A DNA stretch of 41,413 bases from Acidimicrobiaceae bacterium (lineage in GTDB: Bacteria; Actinomycetota; Acidimicrobiia; Acidimicrobiales; Bog-793), in NCBI GenBank assembly GCA_027365385.1, contig DAHXNN010000136.1, forward strand, positions 1-41,413, written 5' to 3'. A model generated the notes under the pieces. That model did no database searches and had not been told where the DNA came from. It saw nothing but the letters and a program-made list of their open reading frames with translations. Within the stretch, counting starts at the first letter, position 1. Every line of letters begins with the position of its first letter. The translations under genes and the position numbers were made by a program. This document shows, one piece after another, positions 40,622-41,413 of this stretch.

Positions 40622-40953
40622 GCGTCGTGGAACGCGAGCTGCGGGACCGGCTCCTCGGCCACCTCCCCGTGGATCCCGTGATCCTGCGCGCCCGGCTCCA
40701 CGCGATCGCGGCGAGCGACCCGGAGGCCGCACCGGTCGCGATCGCCGAAGCGCTCAGCGAGGAGCTGGCCGAGGCGTGGGGAGGCGAGCTCGGGTCAGAG
40801 CAGTCGTCGCAGCGCGTCATCGGCTCCGCGCTCGCTGCCGGTGCCCGTGAGACCTGGCTGTGGGTGATGGGCGAGAGGACCTGGCGTCACACCGCGGAGG
40901 GTCTCGCGGGCCGTGCGGCGCGGCGTGTCGAGCCGGCGGCGAGCAGCGGGTAA
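40615..40953 (+). CDS. Small hypothetical protein coupled to the FrhB-like gene
   Basis: Start ATG 40615 or GTG 40618 overlaps the upstream TGA; helical sequence with RETWLWVMGERTW..AEGLAGR. Confidence 0.7.
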   Translation: MVSVVERELRDRLLGHLPVDPVILRARLHAIAASDPEAAPVAIAEALSEELAEAWGGELGSEQSSQRVIGSALAAGARETWLWVMGERTWRHTAEGLAGRAARRVEPAASSG

Positions 40954-41023
40954 CGCTCCAGGAGCAGCTGCCATAGGTCCCGCGGCAGCTGTCATGGCAC
41001 AGCCCGGTCCTATGCTCCGCGCC

Positions 41024-41413
41024 GTGAGCGGACACGTGGAGATCCTTGCCTACGGCGACGCGACCTTCGCCGCGCTCGGCGAGGTGGTCGACTCGTGCCG
41101 GGCAGGTGATCCACTCGCGCCGGTCGTCGTGGTGGCCCCCAACGCGAGCGCGAGGTCGCAGCTTGGCGCCCGGCTCGCCCGCCGCGGCTCTGCGGTCGGC
41201 GGCCTGGCGGGCGTGCGCTTCGTGCTCGCCGCAGAGCTCGTACGTGCGCTCGGCGAGGAGAGCCTGCTCGCGCAAGGTCGCCGACCGCTCACGCGTGTCG
41301 CGTTGCTCGTCGCGGTGCGCGCGACGCTCGCCTCGCGGGTCGGGCTCCTGGCGCAGGTCGCCGACCACCGCTCGACGGCCGAGGAGCTCGCCGACCGCTA
41401 CGAGGAGCTGAGG
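41024..41413 (+). CDS. N-terminus of an AddB/RecC-like (PD-(D/E)XK nuclease family) protein, 3'-truncated by the window edge
   Basis: Not in the ORF track (no stop). Translation VSGHVEILAYG...GDPLAPVVVVAPNASARSQL..RLA.....LAGVRF....ELV..LG...L...GRRPL; TATGCT 7 nt upstream of GTG. Confidence 0.65.
   Translation, partial: MSGHVEILAYGDATFAALGEVVDSCRAGDPLAPVVVVAPNASARSQLGARLARRGSAVGGLAGVRFVLAAELVRALGEESLLAQGRRPLTRVALLVAVRATLASRVGLLAQVADHRSTAEELADRYEELR

Noticed and set aside
40965-40991. 8-bp hairpin cagctgcc/ggcagctg after the sulfur operon
   Set aside because: Short stem, long loop and no U-tract; too weak to call a terminator.

Overview
High-GC actinobacterial chromosome segment, most likely Acidimicrobiia (inferred from the GYWLV-repeat secreted protein, gene content and leaderless TANNNT starts; not database-checked). 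Left to right: 5'-truncated citramalate synthase and two hypotheticals; a decaying SigK/RskA lipid-modification locus (a sigK::rskA deletion-fusion pseudogene that keeps a SigK-type promoter, an intact acyl-lipid desaturase and Cfa/Ufa-type methyltransferase, and relics of the DUF1365 and possibly the FAD-oxidoreductase genes); an S51 peptidase, an ABC-F ATPase, a secreted Ig + repeat protein, and HtrA with MprA-like boxes; a divergent XRE HTH pair; msrB; an AGE epimerase/HAD operon; MoxR; argG; a c-di-GMP/chemotaxis cluster around tRNA-Ile2(CAT) and tRNA-Asn(GTT); acs-satP; the core run uppS-recO-glyQS-dnaG-rpoD-family sigma; a sulfate-assimilation cassette; and the start of an AddB-like gene. 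The strongest candidate for an undescribed system is the cassette in which a ferredoxin-type sulfite/nitrite reductase is translationally coupled to a 2x[4Fe-4S]-FrhB (F420-oxidoreductase family) protein, a possible two-component bacterial analogue of the archaeal F420-dependent sulfite reductase. Its CysH also has a rearranged Fe-S cysteine set. No CRISPR array, rRNA, integrase or transposase was seen. All product calls come from motif recognition by eye.
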